From Candidatus Poribacteria bacterium (GTDB taxonomy: Bacteria; Poribacteria; WGA-4E; WGA-3G), in NCBI GenBank assembly GCA_965198235.1, contig OZ240248.1, positions 4,928,001 through 4,992,000 on the forward strand: a DNA stretch of 64,000 nucleotides. Reading direction: 5' to 3'. Of the stretch, positions 59,727 through 64,000 are shown piece by piece (within the stretch, counting starts at the first letter, position 1; each line of letters starts with the position of its first letter). Made by a program: the position numbers and the translations under genes. The notes under the pieces were generated by a model. That model had not been told where the DNA came from. It ran no database searches and worked only from the letters and a program-made list of their open reading frames with translations.

Positions 59727-60749
59727 ATGCGTTTTGCCCACCCTGAATTTCTCCATCTTTTATGGATAGTGCTACCCTTGATACTGTTGCTTCTCTCTGG
59801 ATTACAACAGAAACGCAAAGCACTACAGCGATTCTACAGCAATGTGGACCCGGCACACCTGCAGCGACACAAGGTTCAAGCGGGATTGTTGCTGCTGAGT
59901 TATTTCCTCTTGACGCTTGCAATCGCGCGTCCGCAGTGGGGTGCCAAACCTGAACCCGTTGCGGAACGATTAGATGTTATGCTCGCATTGGATATTTCGA
60001 CCAGTATGCTCGCGGAAGATGAAGAATCCCTTCGACGACTGACCCACGCGAAAGAGGTTATGTTTTCACTATTAGAGGCGCTTAAAGGCGACCGGGTCGG
60101 ATTACTCTACTTTGCTGAAGCGAGTTTCGTGGTATGTCCTTTGACAAGCGACACTCCCACCCTCAGAGAATTCTTGGAGGCGGTAACTGCCGAAACACTG
60201 ACTCACAGCGGGACCCGTATCCGAAACGCTATTGAGACAGCGACCGCTCGACTCAGTTCAAACCAGAACAATACAACAGCAATAGATACCGATTTCGGGG
60301 GGCAAAAGGTCCTGATTCTTTTTACAGATGGGGAGGACCATGGTGAAGAGACGATTGAGGCAGCAAGAACTGCGACTCAGAAGGGGGTGCATATCTATTG
60401 TGTCGGTATTGGGAACGCTATCCAATCTGTACCTATTCCGCTTCCGCGGGACACGACTACGGAAACTGCCCCCTACAAGCGCGATGCCAACGGACAACTC
60501 GTACTAACGGCGTTGGATGAAACTCGTCTGCAAGAAATTGCCGAAGCAGGGAACGGTAGCTACTATCATGCGAATACGGGGATTGTCCAGTTAGCGGAGG
60601 ACTTAGCACGACTCGAAAAACAGAAGTTCAGGATCCGCTCAGATGGCGAATATCAGGAACGGTTTCAATTATTTGTAGTTGGGGCGTTAATTCTGCTTAT
60701 CTGTGAAGTGTTGCACTTTGCGGTATGGTCTCGCGAGCTGCGTCCTTAG
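59727..60749 (+). CDS. VWA domain membrane protein (BatB-like)
   Basis: MRFAHP, ARPQWG, MIDAS DISTSM, PLTSD, FTDGED and YQERFQ. Confidence 0.87.
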   Translation: MRFAHPEFLHLLWIVLPLILLLLSGLQQKRKALQRFYSNVDPAHLQRHKVQAGLLLLSYFLLTLAIARPQWGAKPEPVAERLDVMLALDISTSMLAEDEESLRRLTHAKEVMFSLLEALKGDRVGLLYFAEASFVVCPLTSDTPTLREFLEAVTAETLTHSGTRIRNAIETATARLSSNQNNTTAIDTDFGGQKVLILFTDGEDHGEETIEAARTATQKGVHIYCVGIGNAIQSVPIPLPRDTTTETAPYKRDANGQLVLTALDETRLQEIAEAGNGSYYHANTGIVQLAEDLARLEKQKFRIRSDGEYQERFQLFVVGALILLICEVLHFAVWSRELRP

Positions 60750-60795
60750 AAAAACTGCTGTATGCCAAGTCGTATACGTTCTCACATATTTGATA

Positions 60796-61794
60796 TTACG
60801 CTTTTTTGAGCGTTAATCCACCTGGACGGAAACGCATTAAGAGGATAAGGATAATCCCAAAAATAAGATAGCGTGCGTTACCAAATTGGTATGGGATGAT
60901 GAAGCCGGGTCGCAGAACTTCTCCTAATGATCCGAGAATCGCTGCGCCTATCATTGCGCCTCTTATACTTCCCATACCGCCGAGAACTACCATACAGAGG
61001 ATGAGAATCGACTCCCAAAATTCAAAGAATGGGGCACTGATGTTAACCTGAAATTGTGCGATGAAACCGCCGCCTAACCCGCCGATTGCCGCGCTCACGG
61101 CAAACGCCAATGATTTATAGCGACTGACATTGATGCCCATACTTTCTGCTGCTTGTTCATCTTCACGAATAGCGACCCATGCTCTACCCACGCGAGAATA
61201 TTGCAGTCGATAGGCGATAAAGACGACCAGGAGTAGCAGGATAAGAATATGGTAATAATTGTGCCAATTCTGGTTGAACACTATTCCGAAAAGAGTAGGA
61301 GACGGAATATCACGAAGTTGTCCGTTCGGTGCCCCAATCAACCACTGTTCGTTTTTCACGATACGGAAGAGCAGCTCAGCAAACCCAAAGGTGACAATCG
61401 CAAAGTAATCTCCTGTAAGCCGCAAAGTGGGTGCTCCGCGTAATAATCCCCACAATGCACCATTTAACACGGCGAGGGGGAGGGCAATCCAGTAGGTAAC
61501 TCCAAGTCGAGCCATCAGTAATCCGACCGTATAGCCACCGATAAGATAGAAACCAACGTAGCCCAGATCGAGCAGTCCAGTGAATCCACATACAATATTG
61601 AGTCCGACTGCGAGGAGCATGTAGAGATATGCCCGAACAATAATTCGTAGCATATAATCTCCACTCGGAAGGCCAAGATAGATGTCATACCCTGACAAGA
61701 AAAGGGCTATCGCATCTATAGCATACATCAACAGGGGTAGAAAGCAGACAAATAAACCAAAGATGATATTTTTCGGTGTTAATTTATTTTTCAT
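60796..61794 (-). CDS. livM: Branched-chain amino acid ABC permease
   Basis: GLNIVCG..GLLDLGY, LRLTGDYFAIVT and GRAWVAIREDE. Confidence 0.92.
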   Translation of the reverse strand: MKNKLTPKNIIFGLFVCFLPLLMYAIDAIALFLSGYDIYLGLPSGDYMLRIIVRAYLYMLLAVGLNIVCGFTGLLDLGYVGFYLIGGYTVGLLMARLGVTYWIALPLAVLNGALWGLLRGAPTLRLTGDYFAIVTFGFAELLFRIVKNEQWLIGAPNGQLRDIPSPTLFGIVFNQNWHNYYHILILLLLVVFIAYRLQYSRVGRAWVAIREDEQAAESMGINVSRYKSLAFAVSAAIGGLGGGFIAQFQVNISAPFFEFWESILILCMVVLGGMGSIRGAMIGAAILGSLGEVLRPGFIIPYQFGNARYLIFGIILILLMRFRPGGLTLKKA

Positions 61795-61795
61795 A

Positions 61796-62692
61796 CTAAG
61801 CTCGGTTTCCCGTTGATTTTCCGAACAATCCGGATGGACGAATAACGATCACTGCGATCATGATAATATAGGCAATCGCTAATCGGTACCCTGAGGAGAT
61901 ATATCCGGCTCCAAACACTTCGGCGATTCCGATTATGATGCCGCCGAGCATTGCTCCTGTAACGTTACCTATGCCGCCGAGAACAGCCGCGGCAAAAGCC
62001 GCTACCCCTTTATAGTAGCCCATTGTTGGCGTAACCACTTCGCGTAAACCAACCATTACACCCGCAATTGCCCCTAAAGCAGAACCGATAATAAACGTTA
62101 TAGCAATTACTCGGTTTGTCCTTATCCCCATCAGATTTGCTGCAACCGGATTTTGTGCGCAAGCCCGCATCGCTTTCCCGATTTTGGTCAGGTAAATTAA
62201 CCTGTTTAGGGCAATCATTAAAACCAGTGCCAACAGGATAATAAACACATCCCGATAAGGTAAGGCGGCACCCCCCGGGAGTAGGATCGCGTTTTGACTG
62301 AGAAAGATAGTCGGGAGGGCTTCGGTAGGAAATTGACGTGGACGGGCTGACCAAATCATTCGAGCGAGGTTTTGCAGGGCAAGTGACATACCTATTGCTG
62401 TAATTAACGCCGACAAACGCGGTGCGTTCCGTAGGGGTCGGTAGGCTACCAAGTCAATCAGCATCCCTAACATCCCACATAGAACCATACTCAGTGGCAA
62501 CGCTATCCAAAACGGTATACCGAAGACTGTTATAAGCATGAGTGCGATATAAGCACCGAACATGAAAATTTCGCCATGTGCGAAGTTGATCAGTTGGATA
62601 ATACCATAAACCATGGTATAGCCGACGGCGATGACTGCATAGATGCCGCCAAGCACCAATCCGTTAATAATTTGCTCTAAAAATTGCGCCAT
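61796..62692 (-). CDS. livH: Branched-chain amino acid ABC permease
   Basis: INFAHGE, GKAMRA and AAVLGGIG. Confidence 0.93.
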   Translation of the reverse strand: MAQFLEQIINGLVLGGIYAVIAVGYTMVYGIIQLINFAHGEIFMFGAYIALMLITVFGIPFWIALPLSMVLCGMLGMLIDLVAYRPLRNAPRLSALITAIGMSLALQNLARMIWSARPRQFPTEALPTIFLSQNAILLPGGAALPYRDVFIILLALVLMIALNRLIYLTKIGKAMRACAQNPVAANLMGIRTNRVIAITFIIGSALGAIAGVMVGLREVVTPTMGYYKGVAAFAAAVLGGIGNVTGAMLGGIIIGIAEVFGAGYISSGYRLAIAYIIMIAVIVIRPSGLFGKSTGNRA

Positions 62693-62787
62693 AATTATTT
62701 TCTTCGGGTATTAGTTTTGTAGAGAGGGCTCTGGTGCCCTCTCATCCGTATTCTATGTGGCTGTAAGAGGGAAAATCTGTTTCAAAA

Positions 62788-63996
62788 TTAATCTAAATCG
62801 AGTAGTTGTTGATCAGCTGCAACAAATTGTCCATCTTTCACAACCTTCACATAAGCCGGTTTATTAACTGTATCACCATTTATATCAAAATAGGTTAACC
62901 CCGTAACCCCTTTGTAGCCTTCTGTGGGCGTGTCCAAGGATGCCAAATGATCACGGATAGCTTTCCGGTTGTCTGCAACGGATGCCTCTGGACTGTAAGT
63001 TTTTCCGATCGTTTCCGCAATCATTCCAACTGCATCATACGTCAAAGCAGCCCACGTGTCGGGTGCCACACCGTGAAGTGCTTCAAAATTAGCTGCCATC
63101 TGTTGTGCGTCTTCCCCTGCTGCCCCAAACGTAAAAGGCGTTGTGAGATAAGTCCCCTCTGCGGAGGAGCCTGCAATTATGAGGAAATCTGGTGAGTCCA
63201 CGCCATCCGCTCCGAAAAACTGTGCTGTGATTCCAGTTTCACGTGCCTGTTTAACAATGAGACCCGCTTCAGCGTAGAGCCCGGAGATAAAAATAGCGTC
63301 TGGGTTTTTGGCTTTAATGCTGGTGAGTTGTGCCTTGAAATCAGTATTGTCTCTCTCATACGCTTCTGAAGCGACGAGGTTAAGTTCTATTTTTTCGGCT
63401 TCTGCGACGAATGCGTTTCTTAAACCGCGCCCATAATCGTCGTTATCAAAAAAAACGGCAACCGATTGAAGATCCGTCAAGACCTTATCAATATATTGGG
63501 CGATGAATTTTCCCTGAAAATCGTCTCTATACAAATTACGGAAAGTCCAGTCGCTCCCCTCACAAACGTTTACAGCCGTTGAGCCAGGAGAAAGTTCGAC
63601 AATACCCGCGCGTTGGTAAATCGGTTTACCGGCTAACGAGCAGGTACTGTTAAAGTGTCCAACGACTGCAAGGATTTGTAAATTACTAGCGATGCGTTCT
63701 GCCACGAGGCTTGCTTCTGATCCTTTGCCGGCATCATCCTCAAAAAGCAGCGTCAACTTCATACCGTTGATTCCACCAGCTTCATTAATCTCTTTTTCTC
63801 GGAGTTCAGCACCGCGTTTGATCATTTCCCCGAATGCTGCTGCGTTCCCCGTAAAGGGAGCTGCTACAGCGACTCTGAGTTCTCTCTGAGATTCCTGTTT
63901 GTCTTTGCTCGCAGGCTGACATCCCCAAGTGGATATAAGTCCCACTATCAATAATATAATAAGCCAATTTCTCATTTTATTATATACTCCTTTCAT
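62788..63996 (-). CDS. livK: Branched-chain amino acid ABC substrate-binding lipoprotein
   Basis: Lipobox WGC; GGING, VVGHFNS, DDYGRGL, DFKAQL and YDAV. Confidence 0.88.
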   Translation of the reverse strand: MKGVYNKMRNWLIILLIVGLISTWGCQPASKDKQESQRELRVAVAAPFTGNAAAFGEMIKRGAELREKEINEAGGINGMKLTLLFEDDAGKGSEASLVAERIASNLQILAVVGHFNSTCSLAGKPIYQRAGIVELSPGSTAVNVCEGSDWTFRNLYRDDFQGKFIAQYIDKVLTDLQSVAVFFDNDDYGRGLRNAFVAEAEKIELNLVASEAYERDNTDFKAQLTSIKAKNPDAIFISGLYAEAGLIVKQARETGITAQFFGADGVDSPDFLIIAGSSAEGTYLTTPFTFGAAGEDAQQMAANFEALHGVAPDTWAALTYDAVGMIAETIGKTYSPEASVADNRKAIRDHLASLDTPTEGYKGVTGLTYFDINGDTVNKPAYVKVVKDGQFVAADQQLLDLD

Positions 63997-64000
63997 TATA

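Noticed and set aside
1-64000. tRNA/rRNA genes, including selC
   Set aside because: No cloverleaf or rRNA signature was recognised in the intergenic gaps; the Sec machinery is not in this window

Overview
Gene-dense bacterial window of about 48% GC (estimated by eye). It is most consistent with Candidatus Poribacteria; this is an inference from three secreted LamG/ConA-like proteins ending in V(D/E)xxxKLxTxW, tandem orphan ABC-2 permeases and the intergenic repeat families. Core genes include argS, mtnP, mobA, moeA, accD, topA, ftsEX, polX, hldA-gmhB, wza/wzc-like, glpD and livKHM. Main observations: (1) a two-domain rhodanese whose catalytic Cys codon is an in-frame TGA, probably a selenoprotein that the ORF track truncates; (2) a complete non-autonomous IS200/IS605 OMEGA element (IsrB plus omegaRNA) inserted exactly at the ATGAA start of a MATE gene, directly upstream of that rhodanese; (3) a CxxC/RAPP (DUF2946/CruR-like) leader peptide with a perfect sigma70 promoter and a palindromic operator, heading a His-rich lipoprotein and a TonB-dependent receptor; (4) degenerate catalytic motifs in FtsE, PolX and an AAA+ ATPase that is flanked by near-duplicate LamG genes; (5) MITEs with clear ends, an internally deleted ECF-sigma remnant, and several dispersed repeat families. 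I recognised no rRNA, tRNA or CRISPR array.
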